NCBI GenBank assembly: GCA_965249485.1
Contig: OZ252239.1
Span: forward strand, 1,952,001 to 2,016,000
Direction of reading: 5' to 3'
From: a bacterium
GTDB lineage: Bacteria > SM23-31
DNA: 64,000 nt
Positions 54,646 to 63,821 of this stretch are shown here, in pieces. Made by a program: the position numbers and the translations under genes. The first letter of the stretch is position 1; the number at the start of each line of letters is the position of its first letter. A model generated the notes under the pieces. That model had not been told where the DNA came from and made no database searches. It was given only the letters and a program-made list of their open reading frames with translations.

Positions 54646-54861
54646 GTCACTTCTCCTTGATTGATTAATTTTTCCAGAGAATTAAATAAGTATAAATGTA
54701 TGTAATCATTTATAAAACAATAATCAAAACTAAGCAAGAATATTAGTAAAACGTGTTATCTCAAGAAACAAAATACACTTGTAAAAGTCAATTACATACC
54801 TTACTATTTTATAATAAATCCGAATTATTCTAACGACGAAAACATCTTGAGGAGAACTACG

Positions 54862-56430
54862 ATGAAAGCTCGGTACACCTTGTTTGTAAGTCTGTTTTTG
54901 ATGATTATACCAGTATCTTCTGTATCTGCACAAGAACCGGTCTACTGGGATGTTGTAGATAAGCTCATGGAAGAAGAATTTAAAAAGTCTGATGTGATGG
55001 AAAATGCCAGCTGGCTAACCGATGTTTTTGGACCGCGGAATGTGAAAACGCCTTCGTACCGTGCAGGAGCAGAATGGGCAAGAGACCGTCTAAAAGAATA
55101 TGGTCTCGCGAATGCCAGGCTTGAGCCGTATGAGTTCGGTAATGGCTGGGGACATGCATTTACGTCTATCCACATGATGACTCCACAGTACATGCGGGTT
55201 ATCGGGTATCCCGCACCGTGGACGGCAGGCACCAATGGAAAGGTACGGGCGAATGTCTTCCCCATGAATTTTGATGAAATTACTTTGGAAGCGGATCTGG
55301 AACAATACCGGGGGAAATTAAAAGATCGTATCATTTTCATAAAACCGGTACAGGAAATCTCACCCCATTTTGAAGCCACTCCCCTGACAATGACGGAAGA
55401 GGAGCTCGATGAAATGGAGAAACCTCCACTTACTCCACAAGAATCTCCTATGGCTATTGAATTGGGCAAACAGGAGAGAAGTAGAAACAGACCTCCTGAT
55501 GGCAAAATTACGAGACAGCAAATTATTGATTTTGTATTTTCCGAGGGTGCCGTAGCATTTGTACACCCGGATGCAGGGCATTATTTTGGAACAGTTGCTG
55601 CCAGTAATTACAATAGGGTAGAAAAGCCGTGGGAAGATAAGCCCCTCCAGCCCACGGAGCTGGTTTTGGCAGTTGAACAGTATAACCGGATAATGCGGAT
55701 CCTCGAAAAGGATATTCCCGTCGAAATGGAAATTGAGATCAGGACAACCGTCTACAGAGGCGAGCCTTTCGATCATAACGTCATTGCCGAGATCCCGGGT
55801 ACGGATCTAGCACATGAAATAGTTATCGTAGGCGGTCATTTTCAGTCTGTACCTGTCGGGACCGGTGCCATAGATAACGCTGCCGGTGCAGTAACCGCCA
55901 TGGAAGCGGTACGTATTATCATGGCCATCGGTGTTAAACCCAGGAGGACGATTCGTATTGGTCTCTGGGGTGGACATGATGGAGCCGGATTAGCAGGTAA
56001 CCGGAGTCATGTCCGCAAACACTTTGCTGACCGTGAAAAGAAGGAATACAAAAAGGATTATGATAATCTTTCTGCGTATTTTGATGTTGATATCGGTCCG
56101 GGCAGGATCCGGGGCCTTAACATTATGGGAAATGAAGCTATCCGGGGAATACTTACCGAGTGGATAAAACCTTTGAATAGCCTTGGGATGTCACATCTTT
56201 TCACTTCCGGGAGGTACCATGAAGCCTACGCCGAAGTAGGCCTGATTGGCTTTTATTTTACCCACGATAGAGAAGGGGCAGATAACTGGAACGCCCACAC
56301 GAATATGGACGTATATGAACGCCTCTTTCCCGATGGTCTTAAGCAAGCCTCCATTGTCCTGGCAACAATGGCGTATCATGCTGCAATGCGTGATGAAAAA
56401 CTTCCCCGTGTTTCACCATATCCATGGTAG
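54862..56430 (+). CDS. M28-like secreted protein with altered active site
   Basis: Homologous to copies 1-3 (EPVYWDVV, LTDVFGPR, NVIAEIPGTDL, AMRDEKLPR) but has HFQS, GGHDG and GRYH in place of HFD, GxEE and GxDH. GAGGAG RBS. Confidence 0.85.
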   Translation: MKARYTLFVSLFLMIIPVSSVSAQEPVYWDVVDKLMEEEFKKSDVMENASWLTDVFGPRNVKTPSYRAGAEWARDRLKEYGLANARLEPYEFGNGWGHAFTSIHMMTPQYMRVIGYPAPWTAGTNGKVRANVFPMNFDEITLEADLEQYRGKLKDRIIFIKPVQEISPHFEATPLTMTEEELDEMEKPPLTPQESPMAIELGKQERSRNRPPDGKITRQQIIDFVFSEGAVAFVHPDAGHYFGTVAASNYNRVEKPWEDKPLQPTELVLAVEQYNRIMRILEKDIPVEMEIEIRTTVYRGEPFDHNVIAEIPGTDLAHEIVIVGGHFQSVPVGTGAIDNAAGAVTAMEAVRIIMAIGVKPRRTIRIGLWGGHDGAGLAGNRSHVRKHFADREKKEYKKDYDNLSAYFDVDIGPGRIRGLNIMGNEAIRGILTEWIKPLNSLGMSHLFTSGRYHEAYAEVGLIGFYFTHDREGADNWNAHTNMDVYERLFPDGLKQASIVLATMAYHAAMRDEKLPRVSPYPW

Positions 56431-56580
56431 TACAATTAAGCCGATGATGGATTGTATCAGATTGGTAATGGTATTACATGAAGTGAATAACAACAATAAA
56501 ATTGACGTAGCATTGCAATAAATTCTCATTTACTCTATAGTGAGTGTTGAAAGGCGAATATTAGAGCGGTTCATTAGACC

Positions 56581-58869
56581 ATGAAACTTCCCACCCCATT
56601 AAAGTTTTTCAGATGTGCACGTGGAGTAATATTACTTATTGTACTTGCCGTTCCCTGCACGTCCTATGCTCAGGATTCTGGTAATATTTCTGATGCATCG
56701 GAAAACAGCCCGTTCCATAAGGAAATGCGGGCGGTACGGATCGCTAATAGTCCCAAAATCGACGGCGTTCTCGATGACCCTGCCTGGGATAAGGCGGAGT
56801 TTCAGGGCAATTTTATCCAGCGGGTTCCGGATACGGGAGCCCCTCCAACTGAAAAGACCGAAATTGCGATTATTTATGATGATGAGAATGTATATTTTGG
56901 TGTCCGATTATACGATTCTGAACCTGACAAGATTCGTATTACCGAGATGAGGAGGGATGGAGATAAAATCAATGATGACAGGTTCGAGATAGTGCTCGAT
57001 ACATTTCATGATCATCAAAGTGCTTATAATTTTATTATCAATGCCTCGGGTTCCAATAACGATGCGATCATTCGGGAAGACGGAAGACTACGCAATAGTG
57101 CATGGACAGGTGTATGGGCCGCTAAATCTTCAATTGATGAAAAAGGGTGGTACCTTGAAATCTTCGTGCCATGGCAAACACTTCGGTACAATGAGGGAGA
57201 TAATCTTGTTTGGGGTGCTAATTATGTGCGCACAATAATAAGAAAAAATGAAAAAGACATCTGGCGGTTCGTGCCGCTTTATGCAGGTGTCGAAGGTCAG
57301 GAACGTATTTCTCAGGCAGGTAATGTCACCGGTTTTAATGGCCTTGAAATGGGGGGAAACTTTGATTTTAAACCCTTCGTAACTGGTGGATTGCAGCGAG
57401 ATGATTTCGTAAAAGATGACCTCGGTGAGTTCGGAATTGATTTAAAAAAGAGTATCACTTCAACATTATCAGCAGATTTTACTTTCAATACTGATTTTGC
57501 GCAGATCGAGGCGGATCAGGAGCAGGTAAATCTGACACGTTTCGATCTGTTTTTTCCGGAAAAACGGGATTTCTTTTTGGAGGGCGCGGGAACATTTTCG
57601 TTCGGTCAGGCACAGCCCGGTGGAAATCCAATTAATGATGTAACACTTCCTCAGTTTAGTCAAGCCCCTAATTTCCAACTTTTTCATAGTCGTACAATCG
57701 GTCTATCAGACGGAAATCTAGTGCCAATACTAGGTGGAGCACGACTTAACGGTAAGGTTGGAAGCTATTCGTTGGGTCTTATGTCTCTTCAAACTAAAAA
57801 AAAATCTATCGAAAATGTCAGTACATTTGTACCGGAAACTAATTTTAGTGCCTTCAGATTGAAACGTGATATATTTTCTCGTTCAGCTGTCGGAATAATG
57901 TTCCTGAACAAACAAGAAGTGCATGGGGGTTATAACCGTTCGATCGGTATTGATTCCAATTTCAATGTCAAAGAAAGGTTCTCGTTTTTTATGGTTGGTG
58001 CGGGGACCTATTCGCCGGGAACGAAAGGTAAAAGAAATAATTTTGTAGGAAATACCGGATTTCGATTTAAATCGGATCTGTTGCAATATAACCTCTCTTT
58101 TCTGAACATCGATAAAGACTTTATGCCGGTAATGGGTTTTGTCAAAAGAACAGATATTAAATTCACGGAAGGTGGCATCACGTTATCGCCTCGTCTAAAT
58201 AATCCGACAATACGACAGATCTTTTTTATAACGAATGCAAATTATATAACTAATCATAGTAATCGCGTACAGAATAAAACGTTCAGTGGAACATTTTCAA
58301 TGGATTTTGAAAATACGACAAATTTCAGCATATCGGTTGACAGAGAATTTGAGTACCTCGATAAAATTTTTGAAATTCGACCGGGTCTGAATATTCCTCA
58401 GGAAAGCTATACGAATACGAAATTTCGCGGTCTCTTTCGTTCGGACAGGACAAAAATCATCCATGGGTCGGTAAATATAAATCGGGGAGATTTTTTTACA
58501 GGCACTTCCTTCGGGGGAGGGGTGAGTACCACGATTCGGGCACATCCTCAAGTTTTTGCAAGTGCAGATTATAATTACAGCAAGGTCGAGCTTCCCGAGG
58601 GGGATTTTCATACGAATTTAATTTCAGCACGGTTGAGTTATGCATTTAACACAGAATTTTTTATCAAAGGATTTTTTCAATGGGTCGATGACGCCTTGCT
58701 TTTCAATGACAGAAATCAAGTGTCACAAAACATTATTCTCCGTTATATTTACAAGCTCGGAAGCGATTTTTATTTAGTATATAATCAGGAAAATTTATTA
58801 GGATCCGGAAATGATGTAACCACCAATAGAACTCTCATTGCAAAATTTACCTATCTATTACGGAAATAA
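56581..58869 (+). CDS. DUF5916/CBM9-like domain outer-membrane protein
   Basis: Signal peptide, IDGVLDD..W, DTFHD, NTDFAQIEAD..VNLTRFDLFFPEKRDFFLEG, C-terminal KFTYL. Confidence 0.82.
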   Translation: MKLPTPLKFFRCARGVILLIVLAVPCTSYAQDSGNISDASENSPFHKEMRAVRIANSPKIDGVLDDPAWDKAEFQGNFIQRVPDTGAPPTEKTEIAIIYDDENVYFGVRLYDSEPDKIRITEMRRDGDKINDDRFEIVLDTFHDHQSAYNFIINASGSNNDAIIREDGRLRNSAWTGVWAAKSSIDEKGWYLEIFVPWQTLRYNEGDNLVWGANYVRTIIRKNEKDIWRFVPLYAGVEGQERISQAGNVTGFNGLEMGGNFDFKPFVTGGLQRDDFVKDDLGEFGIDLKKSITSTLSADFTFNTDFAQIEADQEQVNLTRFDLFFPEKRDFFLEGAGTFSFGQAQPGGNPINDVTLPQFSQAPNFQLFHSRTIGLSDGNLVPILGGARLNGKVGSYSLGLMSLQTKKKSIENVSTFVPETNFSAFRLKRDIFSRSAVGIMFLNKQEVHGGYNRSIGIDSNFNVKERFSFFMVGAGTYSPGTKGKRNNFVGNTGFRFKSDLLQYNLSFLNIDKDFMPVMGFVKRTDIKFTEGGITLSPRLNNPTIRQIFFITNANYITNHSNRVQNKTFSGTFSMDFENTTNFSISVDREFEYLDKIFEIRPGLNIPQESYTNTKFRGLFRSDRTKIIHGSVNINRGDFFTGTSFGGGVSTTIRAHPQVFASADYNYSKVELPEGDFHTNLISARLSYAFNTEFFIKGFFQWVDDALLFNDRNQVSQNIILRYIYKLGSDFYLVYNQENLLGSGNDVTTNRTLIAKFTYLLRK

Positions 58870-58967
58870 ACATACGTGCACAATGAGACTGTTTTTGACA
58901 TCGTCTGTATGAAAATATCACAAAAAATATTTAACAAGAGTGTTCGGATACTAAGGAGGTATGGAGC

Positions 58968-60368
58968 ATGAGGAAACTACTGACAAAATCTATTTTTTTC
59001 TGTTGTATCGGGCTATTTACAGGTTACGTTTCTGTGCTGGGACAGGAAAAGGCACAGGATCGGAGAACATGGATCGACGAAAACGCCACTACCACTGACG
59101 ATCCCCGGCGTATTCCTCAACCACCTGGTCAACAGGGTCCCGAGGGTACACTGGTATTGACCGGCGGGCGGATATTTGATGGGACTGGTGGGGCAGTACG
59201 TAACGGAACAATTGTCATTGATCGGAACAAAATCAAAGAGATCCTTCCTTCCGGTTCAACAAATTGGCCCCGGAATGCGCAGGTGATTGATGTTGCCGGG
59301 AAAACTATCATGCCGGGTCTAATAGCCCTCCATGAACATATGACCGAAGCTGGTGCGTTGAGCGGCCCGACGGTTGTTTCGAATGAAGCAATCAATACGC
59401 TTAAATCTGTCGAACGTCTTCGATGGTATATCGAGATCGGTATCACAAGTATCCGGGATCTTGCATCTCGTGGGGATATACCATTTAGAATAAAAGAGTT
59501 TATTGCCGAGAACCGAATACCGGGTCCCAGAGTGCTTCCGGCAGGTCAGATCATCAGTTCTACGGGAGGACATGGAAACAATGGATCGCACATGAACGAC
59601 CCGCTGGTCAACGCGGAGCGGGCAGTAGATGGTCCGGACGAGTGGCGAAAAGCTGTTCGGGAACAGTTCAACAAGGGAGCAGATGTCATAAAATTGGCAA
59701 GCCACTTCAGCCGGGAAGAGATCGGCGCAGCAGTAGAAGAAGCACATGCACTCGGGATGAAAGTCACCGTCGACGCGGAGGCTTTTTATGTTCAATGGGC
59801 GGTTGAAGCCGGAGTGGACGGTATTGAGCATTTGCAGCCTCGCTCTGAAGAAGCTATCAGGTTAATGGCAGAAAAAGGTACAGAGTCAGTGCCTACAATT
59901 ATTCCATTCATGAGAGATCTGAATCGGGCAGAAAGTCAATTTGGGTACCCCTTTATAGGCGGAGGTCCCACGAACAGGTACACAGTTACAAAAGAATCAG
60001 TTATGGAGTTATTTCGGAAACAGAAAAGTATGGGGATAAAAATGGGTATTGGTATAGATATGGGGAGTAATGTTATTTCATTTCCGGGATCCTATATTAC
60101 CGAAATGAAATATTTTGTCCAGGGAGGGTATACCATTCCCGAAGTCCTTGTTGCTGCAACCAAGACAGGGGCGGAGATCCTCGATATGGACGATAAGCTG
60201 GGAACATTGGAACCCGGAAAACTTGCCGATGTTCTTGTTGTAGACGGCAGACCTGATGTTGACCTTGATGATCTTGCGAATACTGATCTGGTTGTCCGTG
60301 ACGGATACATAGTCGTTAGAGATGGCAGGGTATTTGTTCCGCGGCATGTTCCACCCGGCAATGATTAA
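58968..60368 (+). CDS. Exported amidohydrolase family protein
   Basis: Signal peptide, MPGLIALHEH, GITSIRD, GADVIKL, IEHL, GID, GTLEPGKLAD. Confidence 0.88.
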   Translation: MRKLLTKSIFFCCIGLFTGYVSVLGQEKAQDRRTWIDENATTTDDPRRIPQPPGQQGPEGTLVLTGGRIFDGTGGAVRNGTIVIDRNKIKEILPSGSTNWPRNAQVIDVAGKTIMPGLIALHEHMTEAGALSGPTVVSNEAINTLKSVERLRWYIEIGITSIRDLASRGDIPFRIKEFIAENRIPGPRVLPAGQIISSTGGHGNNGSHMNDPLVNAERAVDGPDEWRKAVREQFNKGADVIKLASHFSREEIGAAVEEAHALGMKVTVDAEAFYVQWAVEAGVDGIEHLQPRSEEAIRLMAEKGTESVPTIIPFMRDLNRAESQFGYPFIGGGPTNRYTVTKESVMELFRKQKSMGIKMGIGIDMGSNVISFPGSYITEMKYFVQGGYTIPEVLVAATKTGAEILDMDDKLGTLEPGKLADVLVVDGRPDVDLDDLANTDLVVRDGYIVVRDGRVFVPRHVPPGND

Positions 60369-60477
60369 TAGCTACGATCGGATATGGTAGAGAGAAGCAT
60401 CTTTTCTGCTATATGTATTACATATGCAGAATGGATGCAGTTTCTGAAAATATGTTTACTAATAATGGGGAGTAGTT

Positions 60478-61212
60478 ATGTTGGTTACTTCGGCTCAAGA
60501 CATTGTTAAGAATGTCGATGCGGATAGCGTGATTATAAAGATTATTAATAATGACACACTTTATATACCCAATGAATTATTACAGCAAATTAGCCATTTG
60601 ACGAGTTCCTCTGGATTTGATACTACGGACAAATTAGGAATTGTTACAATTATAGTATTAATTGCAGTTCCAATTTGGACGTTTTTTCAGCAAAAAAAGC
60701 AGTTTAATCAACAAATTGAAACCATTAAAAATCAAATTAGAATACAAAAAAAGCAATTTAAAACTCAATTGGATATGCAAAAACAGCATTTAATTAAATC
60801 TGTTACACCGAAAGGGAATATAAAAATCAGTTACGCATCGAATTTATTTAAAATCATATTAAATAATATTGGTATAGGTCCGCTACATGTTAAAAATATA
60901 AAAGTATTAAAAAGTGGAAAAGAAATTGATGACCTTTGGAAAATAATTCCTCAGGTGCCAGCTAATTCAGCTACTACACATATTAAAAATGATATTATTG
61001 CTGTTGGTGATTCCTATTTGGGATTAAAAGCCGGTGAAGGAGAACCAATTCTGGCTTTTGAAGATATAAGAGACTCTGAAATCGGCAGAGAATTTATTGA
61101 AAAATTAAGAGGTCTATTTAAAGATGTCTCTATACTAGTTTATTATAGTGATATATATAAATCTGAGGAATTTGTAACGGGTGTAGATCTCAACAAATTA
61201 AGTGGCTATTAA
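60478..61212 (+). CDS. Hypothetical single-TM protein (island family member 1)
   Basis: TM, Gln-rich coiled coil, QKQHLIKSVTP...NIGIGPLHV...YYSDIY. Confidence 0.75.
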   Translation: MLVTSAQDIVKNVDADSVIIKIINNDTLYIPNELLQQISHLTSSSGFDTTDKLGIVTIIVLIAVPIWTFFQQKKQFNQQIETIKNQIRIQKKQFKTQLDMQKQHLIKSVTPKGNIKISYASNLFKIILNNIGIGPLHVKNIKVLKSGKEIDDLWKIIPQVPANSATTHIKNDIIAVGDSYLGLKAGEGEPILAFEDIRDSEIGREFIEKLRGLFKDVSILVYYSDIYKSEEFVTGVDLNKLSGY

Positions 61213-61237
61213 ATATTAAATTATAGGTAAAAATAAA

Positions 61238-61804
61238 ATGAATGAAGCTGTTCAAGATACAATTTACGTAGCAATGAATACTAATAATATGCCGACTTAT
61301 GTAATTGCGATAATGGCAATAATTATTTCTATTTATTCATTAATATACCATATAAGACATTCCAAAATACAGTTACAATTACAAAAGGATCATTTGATTA
61401 AATCAGTAGTGCCTAGTGGCTTTTTGGATACTTATTCAGGGTTGAATTTTATTAAAGTTAAACTTACAAATGCTGGTTTGGGACCAATGAGTATCAATAG
61501 AATGGAAATCTTGAAAAATGGTAAAAAAGTAGATCAACTTAGAGATTTATTAGCACCTTTACCTGATAAAACTGATATTACACATTTTGAAGGAGATCTT
61601 ACTAAAATAAGAGAAGGAGTGGTGGTATCGAATGGAAGTACCTTGCCAATTCTATCGATAGAAGATTTATTGGATTCTCCTCTTGGTAGAGAATATGTTG
61701 AGGATGTAAAACGGCGATTGAAGGATGTTTTTATAATCATCTATTTTACAGATATATTTAAAACTGAAGAATTGAAAGTGGGTAAAATAATAATGACTGA
61801 GTGA
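61238..61804 (+). CDS. Hypothetical single-TM protein (island family member 2)
   Basis: TM, QKDHLIKSVVP...NAGLGPMSI...YFTDIF; clearly paralogous to member 1. Confidence 0.75.
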   Translation: MNEAVQDTIYVAMNTNNMPTYVIAIMAIIISIYSLIYHIRHSKIQLQLQKDHLIKSVVPSGFLDTYSGLNFIKVKLTNAGLGPMSINRMEILKNGKKVDQLRDLLAPLPDKTDITHFEGDLTKIREGVVVSNGSTLPILSIEDLLDSPLGREYVEDVKRRLKDVFIIIYFTDIFKTEELKVGKIIMTE

Positions 61805-61891
61805 CAATATTAAGGTTTAATTAAGTCATAATTATTAATATGCGGAAAGGGTGAATTTTCTTATTTTTGATTTAGCGAAAAGAGAGCATAT

Positions 61892-62557
61892 ATGCTAAAA
61901 AAATACAAAAATGAATTAATTAATTTGATTCAAAAATTTAATTTAAATATGAATCAGTTTGTATTATTGGAAGAGGAAAATGGTGTCGTAAAAATAGAGC
62001 ATCAAAATAGTAATCTTTGGTTCGAGTTTATAAGTCATAAAGATACATATGATGTAATGGGATTTGGCTATTCAACTTTTTCTCCAAGTAGGGAACTTGT
62101 ACACCAATATAAATCAAGGTACACATTTGATCAATTATTCGAAATTTTTGAAGGTTGGATTCAAACTGAAGTAATGGCATACATTGAAGAAGCATCTGTT
62201 CCTGATTCGTGGGAAGAATTAAGAAATAGAAGTGATATAAATCCTTCATTTGAAGAGGATCTAGATAATTTTAGTGAAGATGAAATTGTAAGAATAAAGT
62301 TATCCATAAGTAATTTTAAAGTATTGATTCAAGAAAAATATAGTCCATCTTTAGAAGAAATGGAATTTATTAATTCAAGATTAGATTATGTTGAAAATGA
62401 AGTAAAAAAACTTAACAAATTTAATTGGAAAAGTGTTTTTCAAAACATATTAATTAGTATTGGAAAATTAATTGTGAAAGATAACAATATTGAAGAGTAT
62501 TTCGAAATAATAAAAAACACGTTTTCAATTATTGGTGCGTATTTTAAGCCAATTTAA
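61892..62557 (+). CDS. Hypothetical protein (island)
   Basis: 221-aa AT-rich ORF with GAGAG RBS; no recognised domain. Confidence 0.65.
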   Translation: MLKKYKNELINLIQKFNLNMNQFVLLEEENGVVKIEHQNSNLWFEFISHKDTYDVMGFGYSTFSPSRELVHQYKSRYTFDQLFEIFEGWIQTEVMAYIEEASVPDSWEELRNRSDINPSFEEDLDNFSEDEIVRIKLSISNFKVLIQEKYSPSLEEMEFINSRLDYVENEVKKLNKFNWKSVFQNILISIGKLIVKDNNIEEYFEIIKNTFSIIGAYFKPI

Positions 62558-62575
62558 ATGGGATAATGAGGAAGA

Positions 62576-62734
62576 ATGAAAAACAATAATAAAGACTCAA
62601 AGTGGGTCAATAAGACTATTGCAATTGGAGCAATAATAGCTGTTTTTATTTCAAGTATCACTTTATATGTGCAAAGAAAACATAATATACTTATCTCTGC
62701 GAAATTAAGAGGTAATAATAAAATAAGTGGATAA
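62576..62734 (+). pseudogene. Truncated island family member (52 aa)
   Basis: Hand translation MKNNNKDSKWVNKTIAIGAIIAVFISSITLYVQRKHNILISAKLRGNNKISG*: TM plus QRKHN, as in 62727..63473, then the similarity ends. Confidence 0.65.
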
Positions 62735-63473
62735 ATTTATGAACACTTTATTTAATCAAGATTCTGTCTCATCGATTAGTACTGATTCTTTAAATATTTA
62801 TGAAATTACTCGTGATACAATTTATGTTTTTGAGCAAATGATTGCAGAAAATGCAAGTATTTTTAAAAATCTTTCAGATGTAGCAACAATAATTATTGCT
62901 TTTGGTGCAGTTGTGGGGATTTATATATCTGTCAGAACCTACTTAAATCTGAATAGTCATTTTGACATTCAAATGGTAAAATCAAATAAACAATTAAACA
63001 TTCAAAGAAAACATAATGTTTTATCATTAAAACCCTATATAAATATCGCATCTAATAATTTAATTCATAAAATAGATTTAAAAATAACAAATTGCGGCAA
63101 TGGTGCTTTGAAAATAAAATCTTTGAAATATACTATTGATAATATTTCACATAACAAAATGACTGATCATTTAAAAGATAATACAAATAAATATATGAAG
63201 AAATGTGTTGATGAAAAGTTAATTGAATGTGAAGGTCTTGCCTATTCAGATGTCAGTTATATTGTTTCTGGTGGATCAGATGTTTTGTTTTTCATTTTAG
63301 TCAACCAAAAATCATATATAGATCCACCAATTTTGGAAGAAATTGAAAATATGATTAATGAAGTAAGAGACAAATTAAGAGCGATAAATTTAGAAATAGA
63401 ATATTCAGATTCATATGAAAAGAATTATACAATAAAAAAAGAACTTTCAAAATACTTTAAACACACTTATTAG
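62727..63473 (+). CDS. Hypothetical single-TM protein (island family member 3)
   Basis: DTIYV, TM, QRKHNVLSLKP...NCGNGALKI...EYSDSY. Confidence 0.75.
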   Translation: MDKFMNTLFNQDSVSSISTDSLNIYEITRDTIYVFEQMIAENASIFKNLSDVATIIIAFGAVVGIYISVRTYLNLNSHFDIQMVKSNKQLNIQRKHNVLSLKPYINIASNNLIHKIDLKITNCGNGALKIKSLKYTIDNISHNKMTDHLKDNTNKYMKKCVDEKLIECEGLAYSDVSYIVSGGSDVLFFILVNQKSYIDPPILEEIENMINEVRDKLRAINLEIEYSDSYEKNYTIKKELSKYFKHTY

Positions 63474-63522
63474 TTACAAAATTAGTAAAGTAAATAATTA
63501 CAAATGCAGTCTCTGAATTGAT

Positions 63523-63702
63523 ATGAAAAACAAATTTCTAACAAAAAAAGAAGTTTCAGAATTCCTAGGTGTAAACATTTACACAATTGATTGATATGTG
63601 AAAAAGAGAGGTTTGCCATTCTATCGGTTTGCAAATGAACCAAGATTTTTAGAGTCCGATATTATGGATTGAATCAGCAATTTCATTATCAGAAAACGAT
63701 GA
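63523..63702 (+). pseudogene. Excisionase-like HTH (HTH_17/MerR-like) with two in-frame TGA
   Basis: MKNKFLTKKEVSEFLGVNIYTID*YVKKRGLPFYRFANEPRFLESDIMD*ISNF; stops at 63592 and 63670. Confidence 0.75.
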
Positions 63703-63790
63703 GTAATAGTATAGCAATAATACAATCCTACAAAAAAGCACACACAATACGGTTTTGTGAATGACTGTATCTTCTTGTTTTTACAGCTTT

Positions 63791-63821
63791 GTGCGCCATC
63801 AGAGATCGAATCCCGAACCTT
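63791..63821 (-). other. Degenerate tRNA 3'-end fragment (putative att scar)
   Basis: Minus strand AAGGTTCGGGATTCGATCTCTGATGGCGCAC resembles a T-arm plus acceptor 3' strand. Confidence 0.45.

Larger units (their letters stand above)
60450..63820. mobile_element. AT-rich remnant of an integrative element/genomic island (left boundary approximate)
   Basis: Abrupt drop in GC by eye, orphan paralogous genes, excisionase pseudogene and tRNA-like fragment at the right end. No integrase is visible. Confidence 0.6.

Noticed and set aside
60450..63500. Island genes as an integron cassette array
   Set aside because: Intergenic gaps are short and AT-rich and lack RYYYAAC...GTTRRRY hairpins.
8500..63672. 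Stop-codon reassignment (TGA=Gly, TAG=Pyl/Gln) or selenocysteine as an explanation for the in-frame stops
   Set aside because: All three stops occur internally, TGA replaces different expected residues (Gly, Arg, Trp), intact genes terminate with TAA, TAG and TGA, and frameshifts and deletions co-occur.
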